A stretch of 64,000 nt of DNA, taken from positions 1-64,000 of the forward strand of contig JBMNEZ010000001.1 in assembly GCA_050949045.1 (NCBI GenBank). Direction: 5' to 3'. A model generated the notes under the pieces. The model had not been told where the DNA came from, did not search any database, and saw only the letters and a program-made list of their open reading frames with translations. The position numbers were made by a program, and so were the translations under genes. The stretch's first letter is position 1. Each line of letters opens with the position of its first letter. Below, in pieces: positions 1 to 10,558 of the stretch. The DNA is from Candidatus Izemoplasmatales bacterium. Lineage in GTDB: Bacteria; Bacillota_I; Bacilli_A; Izemoplasmatales; Hujiaoplasmataceae.

Positions 1-1036
1 AATGTATTTTCCACAATTGATTGCTGGACCGATCGAGAGACCGCAAGATTTATTGCCGCAACTGAAAGAAAAACATCAGATTAACCGGTCCGATTTCTCA
101 ACAGGATTGAAATGGCTTTTGTCGGGCTTTTTCCGAAAATGCGTGATAGCTGATTTTTGCGGGATTTTTGTTAATAAAGTATATGCCGATTTAAACAGCG
201 CGAACGCATTGGCGGTTTTTGTTGCATCAGCGCTTTTTCTGGTACAGATCTATAACGATTTTGCGGGTTATTCGGAAATAGCAATGGGTTCTGCGCGTCT
301 TATGGGCATAAAACTATCCCGAAATTTCGATAAGCCTTTTACTTCTACAAGTTTTACAGAATTTTTCCGTCGCTGGCACATTACGCTTAATCGATGGTTC
401 ACTTTGTATGTATATATCCCTTTGGGAGGCAATCGGAAAGGAACAAAAAGGAAAATTATAAACACTTTGATTGTGTTTTCTCTATGCGGTTTATGGCATG
501 GCGCAAATTGGACGTTCGTATTATGGGGCTTAGTTTTAGGCGTTATAATAAGTATCGAATCGCTTTTGCATAAGCCTGCAATAAGACTATGTGAATTAGC
601 AAAAATCGATATTGAAAAACCATTTTTCAGACTGTTTCGCCAGCTTGTTTGCCTGCTGTTATTTTCAATCGTTATCGTTCTTTTCCGAGCTCAAAGTTTA
701 ACTGATATCGGTATAGGATATAGGCAAATGTTTATTGCATGGGGATTTGGCAAAGAGTATTTTGCTTCCGCAATGTCCGCCTTGGGTGTAAACACAATGC
801 AATTATTACAGATTATAGTTATTTTCGTCGCAGGCATTTTTATCTATCAATTAGCCGGAAGAGAATATAGTGGCGAACAGGCTTGTGAGGCTTGTGACTT
901 GCCAGCTGCCCTCATCAAAAAAAGGCAAATGACAACAGTTGCCATATACATATTTGGAATATTGGCAATTGCATCATTTTGGTTTGCGCTGATTTCTACG
1001 GGTGATACAAGTGCATTTCAATATTTTCAATTCTAG
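1..1036 (+). CDS. MBOAT family O-acyltransferase (AlgI/DltB-like), 5' part outside window
   Basis: FPQLIAGPI, DFAGYS, FFRRWHITL, GLWHGANW motifs; multiple TM segments. Confidence 0.9.
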   Translation, partial: MYFPQLIAGPIERPQDLLPQLKEKHQINRSDFSTGLKWLLSGFFRKCVIADFCGIFVNKVYADLNSANALAVFVASALFLVQIYNDFAGYSEIAMGSARLMGIKLSRNFDKPFTSTSFTEFFRRWHITLNRWFTLYVYIPLGGNRKGTKRKIINTLIVFSLCGLWHGANWTFVLWGLVLGVIISIESLLHKPAIRLCELAKIDIEKPFFRLFRQLVCLLLFSIVIVLFRAQSLTDIGIGYRQMFIAWGFGKEYFASAMSALGVNTMQLLQIIVIFVAGIFIYQLAGREYSGEQACEACDLPAALIKKRQMTTVAIYIFGILAIASFWFALISTGDTSAFQYFQF

Positions 1037-1045
1037 AGGGAGATT

Positions 1046-2455
1046 ATGAAACTGAACAACAAAAGTCTTTACATCTTTTTTAAAGAGTATTCTTCTTGCC
1101 ACGGAGACGATGTTTTTATTCTTGACGAAAATGTTCGTTATACTGTTAGACAAGCATTTGAAATTGTGTGCGGACTCGCGGAACAACTGCGGAAAAGCGG
1201 AATAAAATGCGGTGATTACATTGACATAAAGGCGGACAGAAAACCCGAGATGGTTTTGCTTTTTTATGCGATCCAGTTTATAGATGCAATCGCTGTTATG
1301 CACGATCCGCATGAAGATATAGCAGGTAAGATCAGAGTTGTCGACAGAACATTGCATATCGAAGACCAAACGATTTCCTTATGTTTTGACGGCTGTAGCA
1401 ATATAAAAGATTTTAACCATACGACAGATAGTAAAGCAACAAGTGTTATCATCTTTACCTCGGGATCCACGGGAGATAAAAAAGCCGTCTGTCTTAGCCA
1501 GTATAGTTTTATCAATGTCTCATTGGAAATAGAACCAAACTGCGGTTTTTTTGAAGATGACATGGTTATCCTGCTCGTACCCATTCACTATGTTTTTGGT
1601 TTGTATACCATTTTTTCGGCGGTTGTAACAAAACAGAGCATGTTTATTCCACAATCTTTGGATATTGATCATATCGTCGATTGTATGATTAAATATCCTA
1701 TCACGCGTATCAACGCAGTGCCGTCCCTATTTCTTGCTTTGGCGAACAATGTTCGCGCGAAAGAAATTAAAAATCTTCGCTACGGGTTCATTGGCGGAGC
1801 GCCTCATACAATAGAACAGTTTACACAAATAGAGCATAACTTAGGGATTACTCTCATTCCCGCATATGGCATGAGTGAATGTATCGGAATAGCCATCGGG
1901 AATTACCGCGATTCATTACAAAACCGAAGCAGCAACGTCGGGAAGGTATATTCTATTCATCAAAAGAAATTTCTAAGTGACGGAGAGCTATGCATTAAAA
2001 GTCCGGTTTTGGCGTTAGAATATTTGAACATAGGGCCAGTAACGGATGCCGATGGTTGGTTGCATACAGGCGATTTGGGGAGAATTGACGAACAAGGGTA
2101 TCTTCATATCGAAGGGAGAAAAAAAGATATCATTATTCGTAACGGAAATAATATTTCCACAATAAAAATCGAGGCGGCTCTATTGACTTTGCGATATATA
2201 GAAAGCGTAGCGGTAGTGGGAGTATTCGATGACCGTCAAGGAGAAGTGCCTTGTGCATTGGCGGTGCTTAAAAATGGCGAGGAAAAATCAGAAAAAGAAA
2301 TCCTAGACGATTTAATGATGGTTTTGAAGAAAATAGAAATCCCCTCTAGAATAATAATAGTAGAAAAAATTCCAATGACCTCAACGGGAAAAGCTGATAA
2401 GGTATTAATAAAGCAAATTTATGCCGAACATGTAAAAAGAGCAAATTCCGAATAA
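1046..2455 (+). CDS. AMP-binding acyl-CoA synthetase/ligase
   Basis: FTSGSTG P-loop, YGMSE, TGDLG, GRKKD motifs. Confidence 0.9.
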   Translation: MKLNNKSLYIFFKEYSSCHGDDVFILDENVRYTVRQAFEIVCGLAEQLRKSGIKCGDYIDIKADRKPEMVLLFYAIQFIDAIAVMHDPHEDIAGKIRVVDRTLHIEDQTISLCFDGCSNIKDFNHTTDSKATSVIIFTSGSTGDKKAVCLSQYSFINVSLEIEPNCGFFEDDMVILLVPIHYVFGLYTIFSAVVTKQSMFIPQSLDIDHIVDCMIKYPITRINAVPSLFLALANNVRAKEIKNLRYGFIGGAPHTIEQFTQIEHNLGITLIPAYGMSECIGIAIGNYRDSLQNRSSNVGKVYSIHQKKFLSDGELCIKSPVLALEYLNIGPVTDADGWLHTGDLGRIDEQGYLHIEGRKKDIIIRNGNNISTIKIEAALLTLRYIESVAVVGVFDDRQGEVPCALAVLKNGEEKSEKEILDDLMMVLKKIEIPSRIIIVEKIPMTSTGKADKVLIKQIYAEHVKRANSE

Positions 2456-2879
2456 GCAAAGAGCAATGATTTCTAAAATAGATTATATGATAAAAACGAA
2501 AATTGCGACAAAGGCCATTTTAATGGCCGATTCGAGCATCGCTACTACGACATGTAATCATGTGATTAAAAGCATTCTCGATACTGTAAAGGCGTTTTTG
2601 TTAATGGCAAAACGATAAGGACCGGTGGAAAAATTTCTTGTTATCTTCCCAACATTACCGGTTGTTTTAATTTGTGGACAAATATTGGCAAAGCCAAAAC
2701 CGATTTTAGAATCGGTTTTGGTTTTATAATGGACCAGATGGGTCGATATTGAATCGGATATATTCAATAATACATTGACACATTGATTTGACACATGCCA
2801 TAATAGATGCATTATCCGGTTCTGTTTGGCAGTTTTTACACTTTTTATATATCATGTTTCATGAAGGGGAGTTTCATAA

Positions 2880-4289
2880 TTGACAACCGACTTTGAAAAG
2901 AAGACAAAACGAATCCTTTATGAAAATCCGATTTGGAAGGGTTTGATCACCCTTAGCGTCCCGGTGTTTTTTGTCAATATTCTTAAGACATTGCATGACG
3001 TTGTCGACGGCATTTTCTTGGGAAGGGTTCCTGACGTCGACGGTTTTTCCGTCTCGACTTCTATGCAGAGTGCGATTGCGCTGACTTGGTCGGTCTACTT
3101 CATCTTTCTTTCTTTGGGAATGGGGCTGGCGGTCGCCGGCAGCGCTCTGATTGGACAATATGTCGGCCGGAACGATCTGGACAATGCCAGAAAATATGCC
3201 TTCAATACCGTTGTTCTCTCTTTGGTTTTAGGAGCGTTTTTCAATCTAATCGTTTTTTTGGGATCGCCATTGATCTTAAAATGGATGGGCGCCATTGATC
3301 CCGATTACTCTTATGCGGTAACTTATCTTCAAATCAGAAGTTTTGAGCTTCCGGTTTTGTTTCTTTCGTTTGCTTTCCAGGCGGTCAGGCAGGCGACCGG
3401 CGACACGGTTACTCCGGTAATAGTCAATGCCTGCAGTTTAGTTCTCAATATTATTTTGACACCGATTCTGATTCTTGGTTATAACCTTGGCATCGTCGGC
3501 GCCGGCGTTTCGACACTTGTCGCCCATTGGCTGATGCTGCCACTGATCATGTACTGGCTCATCAAGGCAAAGACTGGAGTCAGATTAAATTTCAGAATCA
3601 AAGATATTCAATTCGCAGTGATCAGAGATATTTTCCGGATTGCTCTTCCGGCTTCTGCCGGACAGGCGCTCCAGTCGCTTGGATTCGTGATCCTCAATGC
3701 TTTGATTTACTCATTCGGAAGCGCGACTTCCGCCGCCTTCTACATCGGAAACCGCATCAATTCCCTGATTATGTTCCCGGTGCTGTCTATCAGCGCAATC
3801 GTGTCGATCTACATTGCCCAAAATGTCGGTGCCGGAAACATTCCCCGGGCGAAAAAATCATTTCGAACCGGCATGTTCCTTAGCGTGGTCTTTATGACGG
3901 CCGGCGCCCTCTTCATCATTCCGTTTCGCTTTTTCTTGGTCGGCTTGTTCAACAGCGATCCGACGACGGTTGCTCTCGCAAGCGAATACACCCTTTATCT
4001 CCATCTCGGCCTGCCTTTGATGGCGGTATTTCAGACTTTTTTATCAACTTTCCAAGGCAGTGGGGAAACCAGGTTTGCCTTTGCCATGGCCGTTATCCGC
4101 TTGTGGGTTATCCGCGTTCCCTTGGTTCTTTTGTCGATGAATTTCACGGATTTGGGGCCAGCCGGGATCTGGTATTCTATTCTGATAAGCAATGTTTTGA
4201 TGATCTTTGTTGGCATGTATTTTTATTCAAAAGTCAAGTTTCTACCTAAGATCAGAACAACCGTCGAGGAAGAAGAAGCCTTGATGTAG
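2880..4289 (+). CDS. MATE family efflux transporter
   Basis: ~12 TM helices, two MATE repeats (QYVG/QNVGAG, GDTVTP/GETRF); RBS gaaggggag before TTG. Confidence 0.88.
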   Translation: MTTDFEKKTKRILYENPIWKGLITLSVPVFFVNILKTLHDVVDGIFLGRVPDVDGFSVSTSMQSAIALTWSVYFIFLSLGMGLAVAGSALIGQYVGRNDLDNARKYAFNTVVLSLVLGAFFNLIVFLGSPLILKWMGAIDPDYSYAVTYLQIRSFELPVLFLSFAFQAVRQATGDTVTPVIVNACSLVLNIILTPILILGYNLGIVGAGVSTLVAHWLMLPLIMYWLIKAKTGVRLNFRIKDIQFAVIRDIFRIALPASAGQALQSLGFVILNALIYSFGSATSAAFYIGNRINSLIMFPVLSISAIVSIYIAQNVGAGNIPRAKKSFRTGMFLSVVFMTAGALFIIPFRFFLVGLFNSDPTTVALASEYTLYLHLGLPLMAVFQTFLSTFQGSGETRFAFAMAVIRLWVIRVPLVLLSMNFTDLGPAGIWYSILISNVLMIFVGMYFYSKVKFLPKIRTTVEEEEALM

Positions 4290-4301
4290 ATAGGAGGATT
4301 A

Positions 4302-5420
4302 ATGAAACCAATCTTTATCCCTGATTACAAGAACACGGTCATGAATGTGAGTTGTTCAATCCTGAAGCATTACGGGTATCCAACCAAATATGACACTATT
4401 TTGTTATGCGATCGGTTATTGGCTAAGAACTATCGCAACATCGTTTTGATTCTGATTGACGGGCTTGGGGAAAGCATCATCGAACGTTATCATGATGTCA
4501 CAGCCAATTTGCGGCGCGACCATGTTGATACGATATCATCGGTATTTCCGCCGACGACCGCGGCGGCGACGACCGCGGTTTTGACCGGTGAACCGCCGAT
4601 GGTTACTGGCTGGCTGGGTTGGTCGCAATATCTCAAGGAAGAAGACAGGTCGGTTATCTTGTTCACCAACAAAGATTATTACGATGATTCAATCAGTTTT
4701 TCCGAGCATCTAGCAGACAAATATGTTCCCGTTGAACAAATCTACTCAAAAATCAAAAAAGTCGCTCCTGACGTCAAAACAAAGGAAATATTTCCTGCTT
4801 TCAAAGAACCTCTTCATGATAGTTTTATGAAACAATGCCAGACGATTATCAAAACGATTGATGAACCCGGCCGTCATTTTGTCTACGTTTATTGGGATAA
4901 ACTCGATTACAACATGCACGCCGAAGGTCCGGCTTCCGATTTGGTCAAAACGACACTCGCTGAAATTGACAGCTCGTATGGATACTTGACCGGTAACCTG
5001 CCAGACGATACGATCATTATTCTAATTGCGGATCACAGCCAGGTCGGTGTGCTGCCCATCAACCTCTCTGAATACCCGGATTTCACCAGCACCTTTCTTC
5101 ACTGGCCATCAATTGAAAGCAGGGCGACTGCCTTTTTCATCAAAGGCGATCAGAAGCCGATCTTTGAATCGCTTTTCGTTAAGTATTTTGGAAAGCACTT
5201 TATCCTCTATCGCACAGAGGAAGTGTTGGGCATGCATCTGTTTGGCTATGGTGCCGAACATCCCCGTTTGCGGGAATTTCTCGGAGATTATCTAGCGGTA
5301 GCCATTGATGAATACCACTTCCGCTTTCGAAGCGACACCTTTGTCATGAAAGGGCAACACGCCGGGCTACTTGCGGAAGAATCATTGGTTCCTCTGATTA
5401 TCTATGAAAAAAAGCGCTGA
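4302..5420 (+). CDS. Alkaline phosphatase superfamily nucleotide pyrophosphatase/phosphodiesterase
   Basis: LILIDGLG, SVFPPTT, ADH and C-terminal QHAGL..VPL motifs. Confidence 0.85.
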   Translation: MKPIFIPDYKNTVMNVSCSILKHYGYPTKYDTILLCDRLLAKNYRNIVLILIDGLGESIIERYHDVTANLRRDHVDTISSVFPPTTAAATTAVLTGEPPMVTGWLGWSQYLKEEDRSVILFTNKDYYDDSISFSEHLADKYVPVEQIYSKIKKVAPDVKTKEIFPAFKEPLHDSFMKQCQTIIKTIDEPGRHFVYVYWDKLDYNMHAEGPASDLVKTTLAEIDSSYGYLTGNLPDDTIIILIADHSQVGVLPINLSEYPDFTSTFLHWPSIESRATAFFIKGDQKPIFESLFVKYFGKHFILYRTEEVLGMHLFGYGAEHPRLREFLGDYLAVAIDEYHFRFRSDTFVMKGQHAGLLAEESLVPLIIYEKKR

Positions 5421-5443
5421 CCGGTTTGCCGGTCGGCGCTTTT
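5412..5443. terminator. Bidirectional intrinsic terminator between convergent genes
   Basis: aagcgctgaccgg-tttg-ccggtcggcgcttt hairpin flanked by A and T runs. Confidence 0.7.
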
Positions 5444-5805
5444 CATTTTAAGGCTGAGATTATGTATTCGCCGGTGGAAATGTTTGTCGCCAAAGGGATC
5501 TTATAAACATCGGACAGCCTTAGAAGAGCGTTAACATCAGGCTCATGTGGCTGGGCGGTCAAGGGATCACGAAAGAAAAAAATCATGTCGATTTTTCCAT
5601 TGGCAACATTGGCGCCGATCTCTTGGTCGCCGCCAAGCGGACCCGAACGATAACATGTCACATCCAGACCGGTGTGCTCGATAATCATCTTGCCGGTCGT
5701 TCCGGTAGCTACAAGCTGATGTTTTTTGAGTTTGCTTTTATGCTTTTGTACAAATTCAATCATTTCAGGTTTCATTTTGTCGTGAGCGATCAAGGCAATT
5801 CTCAT
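5443..5805 (-). CDS. mgsA: Methylglyoxal synthase
   Basis: [27 protein letters not shown] motifs; ATG at 5805 after RBS gaggtg. Confidence 0.95.
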   Translation of the reverse strand: MRIALIAHDKMKPEMIEFVQKHKSKLKKHQLVATGTTGKMIIEHTGLDVTCYRSGPLGGDQEIGANVANGKIDMIFFFRDPLTAQPHEPDVNALLRLSDVYKIPLATNISTGEYIISALK

Positions 5806-5952
5806 TTTTACACCTCGTTTCTGGGTTCTGTACAAATTATACCACATACTCATCGGTCATTAGTAGACAGAGCCGGTTTTTACGGAAGTTTCTTATTGCA
5901 ATTGAAAAATGGTTTTGATATAATGAAATAGCCGATTAAAAGGCAAACATTC

Positions 5953-6037
5953 GGAGGGGTAGCGAAGTGGCTAAACGCGGCAGACTGTAAATCTGTTCCC
6001 ACCGGGTTCGGCAGTTCGAATCTGTCCCCCTCCACCA
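5953..6037 (+). tRNA. tRNA-Tyr (GTA)
   Basis: Cloverleaf with gcaga-ctGTAaa-tctgt anticodon arm, long variable arm, GTTCGAATC, encoded CCA. Confidence 0.96.
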
Positions 6038-6153
6038 TTTTTAGGGTATAAGGCGATCGTAGATGATCGCCTTTATTCATTAAATGGTTGGTATGACATC
6101 GAGTCTGCGATATAATATGAAGTAAGAACAAGAATAGGAAATGAGGGATCGGG

Positions 6154-7314
6154 ATGCGCCTTCTGATCAAAAATGCCAAAGTGGTCATGCTTGACAAAAT
6201 TAGAATTATCAGAAACGTCATTTTGGAAAACGGAAAGATTACCAATCTCACGGATTCAAATCAAAATCTCGGTGCCTTTGATACGGTCATAGAAACAAAT
6301 GAACAGTATTTAATGCCCGGCTTTATCGATATTCATATGCATGGGAATTCAGGCGTCGATATCATGGAAAGCGATCGAAATAGTTTGACAAGGATCGCCA
6401 AGTATCAGTTGAGTCGGGGGGTCACGGCATTTTTAGGAGCGACAATATCAGCTGATAAAACCAAGTTATTCAAAGTAACCGAAAAAATAACCGATTATGT
6501 TAAATCGCAAGAAACAGATGTTTCCGAGTTGCTCGGCTTGTATCTTGAAGGTCCGTTTTTTAATCCCGAGAGAAAAGGAGCGCATTCTGAAAATTATCTG
6601 CGTCAGCCGGATCTAGAAGAAATGAAATCATTGCTTGATAAAGTTGGCGGATTGATCAAGGTCGTCTCGCTCGCGCCAGAACTCGAAGGCGCTGACGAAT
6701 TGATCAGTTATCTCGCAAGAAGGAATGTCAAGATCGCGCTCGGACATACTGAGGCGACATATGAAACGGCCATGAAGGCGATCCGCATGGGAGCGTCAAT
6801 TGCGACACATCTCTTCAATGCGATGTCGCCTTTGAAGCATCGTGAGCCCGGGGTTGTCGGGGCTTGTCTTGATTCCCCTAGGGTATTTGCCGAGTTGATC
6901 GCGGACGGGGTTCATCTTCATGATGCTGTTATCCGTCTTACCTGCAAGTGCAAAGGCGCTGAAAGAGTCGTTTTAATTTCTGACCAGATTAGAGCTGCTG
7001 GTTTGCCTGATGGCGACTATACTCTTGCCGGAGAGAAAATACGCGTGATAGAGGGTGTTGCTCGCACCCTTGAGGGTAATCTTGCCGGATCGACCGGAGA
7101 CTTATTTCAAGGGTTCAGGCGTTTGGTGGATAAAATCGGCATCAAACTTGAAGATGCTGTCAGAATGGTTACGTTCAATCCCGCCAAGGCTATTGGAATT
7201 CACAAAATTATGGGAAACATTGATATCGGAATGCAAGCGGATTTGTTACTTCTGAACAAAGACCTTGGATTAGAAATGGTGATCAAAAAAGGCAAGGTCG
7301 TTTATACAAACTAA
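6154..7314 (+). CDS. nagA: N-acetylglucosamine-6-phosphate deacetylase
   Basis: PGFIDIHMHG, LEGPF, THLFNAM, DGVH, LAGS motifs. Confidence 0.93.
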   Translation: MRLLIKNAKVVMLDKIRIIRNVILENGKITNLTDSNQNLGAFDTVIETNEQYLMPGFIDIHMHGNSGVDIMESDRNSLTRIAKYQLSRGVTAFLGATISADKTKLFKVTEKITDYVKSQETDVSELLGLYLEGPFFNPERKGAHSENYLRQPDLEEMKSLLDKVGGLIKVVSLAPELEGADELISYLARRNVKIALGHTEATYETAMKAIRMGASIATHLFNAMSPLKHREPGVVGACLDSPRVFAELIADGVHLHDAVIRLTCKCKGAERVVLISDQIRAAGLPDGDYTLAGEKIRVIEGVARTLEGNLAGSTGDLFQGFRRLVDKIGIKLEDAVRMVTFNPAKAIGIHKIMGNIDIGMQADLLLLNKDLGLEMVIKKGKVVYTN

Positions 7315-7338
7315 AAGTCCCGGGTTTCCGGGACTTTT

Positions 7339-8031
7339 TTAGAACATTAGAACCACATTGGGCTGATATAGTTTGATAGTTTCAGCGAACTCGGCGATCT
7401 GCTTTTCCGAATAGGGGGGAGTCTCAATCAAAGCGAGGTCCTCAATCCGATAATCAAGTGGCTTCTTGTAGACATTCAGGACATAGCGAGGAAGTTTGGG
7501 AAGCTCTTCTGCCATCAAGATCAGATCATCTAGCGATAACTGAGGGATTACTGTGGTCCTTGCCTCAAAATCGCAACCGTTATCCAATAACAGACAAATT
7601 GAGGAAAGCACGGTATCGGCATCAGCTTCGCCTCTGGCTATTTCCGGATAGCGATTTTTTGGGGCTTTGTAATCGATAGAATAATAGTCGACAGCCGCAG
7701 CTTTAATACAAGATCTGATGACTTCCGGATTGGAACCGTTGGTGTCGAGTTTAGTCTTGTATCCGAGGCTTTTGAGTTTTAGAAGATACGGTATCAGATC
7801 GTCCTGCAGTGTTGGTTCGCCACCGGTGATGACCACTCCGTCGATTAAACCTACCCGTTTTGCGAGGAATGATTCAATCTCATTGTTGGGAATCAGCGAC
7901 TCGATATTTTCGATCAAACTACGATTATGACAGAAGAAACAGTTGTAGTTGCACCCGGGAGTGAAAAGGACGGTAGCGACATTGCCAGGATAATCAACAA
8001 GTGAAGTTCTGACAATCCCGGCAAAAATCAT
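7339..8031 (-). CDS. nrdG: Anaerobic ribonucleotide reductase activating radical SAM enzyme
   Basis: CNYNCFFCHN motif, GGEPT; overlaps nrdD stop. Confidence 0.88.
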   Translation of the reverse strand: MIFAGIVRTSLVDYPGNVATVLFTPGCNYNCFFCHNRSLIENIESLIPNNEIESFLAKRVGLIDGVVITGGEPTLQDDLIPYLLKLKSLGYKTKLDTNGSNPEVIRSCIKAAAVDYYSIDYKAPKNRYPEIARGEADADTVLSSICLLLDNGCDFEARTTVIPQLSLDDLILMAEELPKLPRYVLNVYKKPLDYRIEDLALIETPPYSEKQIAEFAETIKLYQPNVVLMF

Positions 8032-10151
8032 GCATTATCTCCTTCGGCATCAAGAGGAAGCGACTGTTCTTTGATCACATACTTGACTCTATCGCTGTAT
8101 TCAGCTTTTTTACCTTTGTTGAAGTTTTGAACCGGCCGTAGATAACCGACAACCCGGGTGTAGACTTCCGAGGGCATATTGCAAGTGGGACAATGGAAGT
8201 GCTCCCCAGAAATATAACCATGATCATTACAAACCGAGAATGTCGGTGTCAAGGATATATAAGGCAATTTATAATTCTCAAAGATTTTTTTGATCAGGTT
8301 TTTCGTTGTTTTGACATCTTTGATCCGTTCTCCGAGATAAAGATGCAAAACGGTGCCGCCGGTATAAAGCGATTGCAGTTCATCCTGAAGGTCTAAAGTC
8401 TCGAAAATGTCATCTGTGAAACCGACTGGAAGTTGCGAAGAGTTGGTATAATACGGAGTGTCCTTACCTGCGGTGATGATATCGGAATATTTCGCCTTGT
8501 CATTCTTGGCCAAGCGATAACTCGTTCCCTCCGCCGGCGTTGCTTCAAGATTATAGTAATGTCCGGTTTCTTCTTGGATATCCTTGATGACGTCTCGCAT
8601 ATAGTTTAAAGTCTTGACGGCGAAACTCTGTCCTTTGCTTGTCGTCAGATCAACTTCACGTCCGAACAAATTCTGAGCTGCTTCGTTCATGCCGATAAGG
8701 CCAATTGTGTTAAAATGATTGAACCAATAGGATCCTGTCTTTAGTTTGACCTCTTTCAAATAACTGGCGCTATAAGGATAAAGACCGTTTTCGGTTTGTT
8801 CCTCGATGATTTTGCGCTTGATTTCAAGGCTTTTCTTGGCTATATTGATCGTTTCCCAAAGACGAGTGAAAAATTCGGATTCTGTTTTGGAAAGATAGGC
8901 AAGCCGAGGAAGATTGATAGTGACAACGCCGATCGATCCTGTCAGGGGATTTGATCCAAACAGACCGCCTCCGCGCTTACGGAGCTCGGAAGTGTTGAGA
9001 CGCAAACGGCAACACATTGAAAGCGCGTCTTCAGGGGAAAGGTCAGAATTGATATAGTTAGAGAAATATGGGATTCCGTATTTTGCGGTGATTTCCATGT
9101 ATTTCTGAACGACTTCGCTGTCCCAAGCAAAGTCTTTGGTAACGTTAATTGTCGGGATTGGGAAAGTAAAGACTCTACCTTTCGCGTCACCCTCCATCAT
9201 CACATCGCAGAAAGCAAGATTGATCATGTCCATCTCTTTTTGGAAGTCGCCGTATTTTTCCGGCATCAGCTTTCCTGCGAAAACGACATTCTGATCTTTT
9301 AGAGAGTTCGGACAGACGATATCGAAAGTCAAATTAGAAAAAGGGCATTGAAAGCCGACTCTAGTCGGAACATTGAGGTTAAAAACAAATTCTTGGATTG
9401 CTTGTCTAACTTGTTTGTAATCAAGATTATCATATCTTACAAAAGGGGCAAGATAAGTGTCAAAAGACGACCAAGCTTGGGCGCCGGCGGTTTCACCTTG
9501 GGTTGTGAAGGTTGAATTGATTATTTGGCCTAATAATGACCGCAAATGTTTCGGGGGGCTTGATTCAACCTTGCTAGAAACTCCTCCAAAACCATTGTTA
9601 ATGATTTGACGGATATCCCAACCAGCACAATAGGGGCCGAAAAAGCCTAAATCATGGATGTGAATATCACCTTGAAGATGGGCATCTCTGATTGATGCCG
9701 GATAAACTTCATGAAGCCAATAATTCTTTGTGAATTCCTCACGAACGTAGTTGTTGAGACCATTAATGGATTTTTGGGTGTTTGCATTCTCATTGATTTG
9801 CCAGTCGCGGTCGTTCAAATATTCGGTGAACATGTCGATGGTAGCACCAATCAGGGCATTAGCCTCCCGTGAAGCTCTTCTTTTCTCCCGATACAAAATA
9901 TAGGCCTTCGCCGTCTTGGCGTGACCATTTTCAATGAGTACTTTCTCGACGATATCCTGGATACCCTCGACATCGCAGATTCCGTTTGGATATTTTTCCT
10001 CGGCCAGTCTAACGACTTCATCTGCAAGTTGTTCTGATTTGGCAAAGTCGGATCCGCCAACGGAGCTGGCGGCTTTGAAAATAGCCAAAACGATTTTCTC
10101 GCGTCTGAATGGAACAACTGTCTGGTCTCTCTTGATAATTTGTCTTAACAT
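8028..10151 (-). CDS. nrdD: Class III anaerobic ribonucleoside-triphosphate reductase with N-terminal ATP-cone
   Basis: IIKRD ATP-cone, MCCRL, EATPAEG, YTNSS, CxxH..CxxC, RVVGYL glycyl-radical motif; ATG 10151 after ggggtg (the ORF track extends too far upstream). Confidence 0.95.
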   Translation of the reverse strand: MLRQIIKRDQTVVPFRREKIVLAIFKAASSVGGSDFAKSEQLADEVVRLAEEKYPNGICDVEGIQDIVEKVLIENGHAKTAKAYILYREKRRASREANALIGATIDMFTEYLNDRDWQINENANTQKSINGLNNYVREEFTKNYWLHEVYPASIRDAHLQGDIHIHDLGFFGPYCAGWDIRQIINNGFGGVSSKVESSPPKHLRSLLGQIINSTFTTQGETAGAQAWSSFDTYLAPFVRYDNLDYKQVRQAIQEFVFNLNVPTRVGFQCPFSNLTFDIVCPNSLKDQNVVFAGKLMPEKYGDFQKEMDMINLAFCDVMMEGDAKGRVFTFPIPTINVTKDFAWDSEVVQKYMEITAKYGIPYFSNYINSDLSPEDALSMCCRLRLNTSELRKRGGGLFGSNPLTGSIGVVTINLPRLAYLSKTESEFFTRLWETINIAKKSLEIKRKIIEEQTENGLYPYSASYLKEVKLKTGSYWFNHFNTIGLIGMNEAAQNLFGREVDLTTSKGQSFAVKTLNYMRDVIKDIQEETGHYYNLEATPAEGTSYRLAKNDKAKYSDIITAGKDTPYYTNSSQLPVGFTDDIFETLDLQDELQSLYTGGTVLHLYLGERIKDVKTTKNLIKKIFENYKLPYISLTPTFSVCNDHGYISGEHFHCPTCNMPSEVYTRVVGYLRPVQNFNKGKKAEYSDRVKYVIKEQSLPLDAEGDNA

Positions 10152-10558
10152 ACAAAACACCCCTATTTTTGTTTTCGCCTTGTCGGTGGCACTTAAAATA
10201 ATAAAGAGAGACTTTGAAGTTGTCAAGAGAGTTTTTGAAATAAAAATTGATGATTTTTTCCGGAAAATAAAGGTAATTGCGATACTAAGCGACTTCACTC
10301 GTTTAAAAATTTTTTCGTTTAAAATTACATTTTTGAAGGTTTTGCTCTTCGTTTCCGACCTTTCAGTAAAAAGTAATTAATTAAAACCATTTATATATTA
10401 TTTTCTTTGGTTTTCAGAGACAAGATTTGACATTTATATAGAGATTCAGAGATCAATAACTTGAGATTTGTTTGACAAAGAGGGGTCAAGACAGTTGCAT
10501 TTATATCGTTATAAATGTATAATTATTTAGAAATTGATTAACAAGCGGGTAATCATCA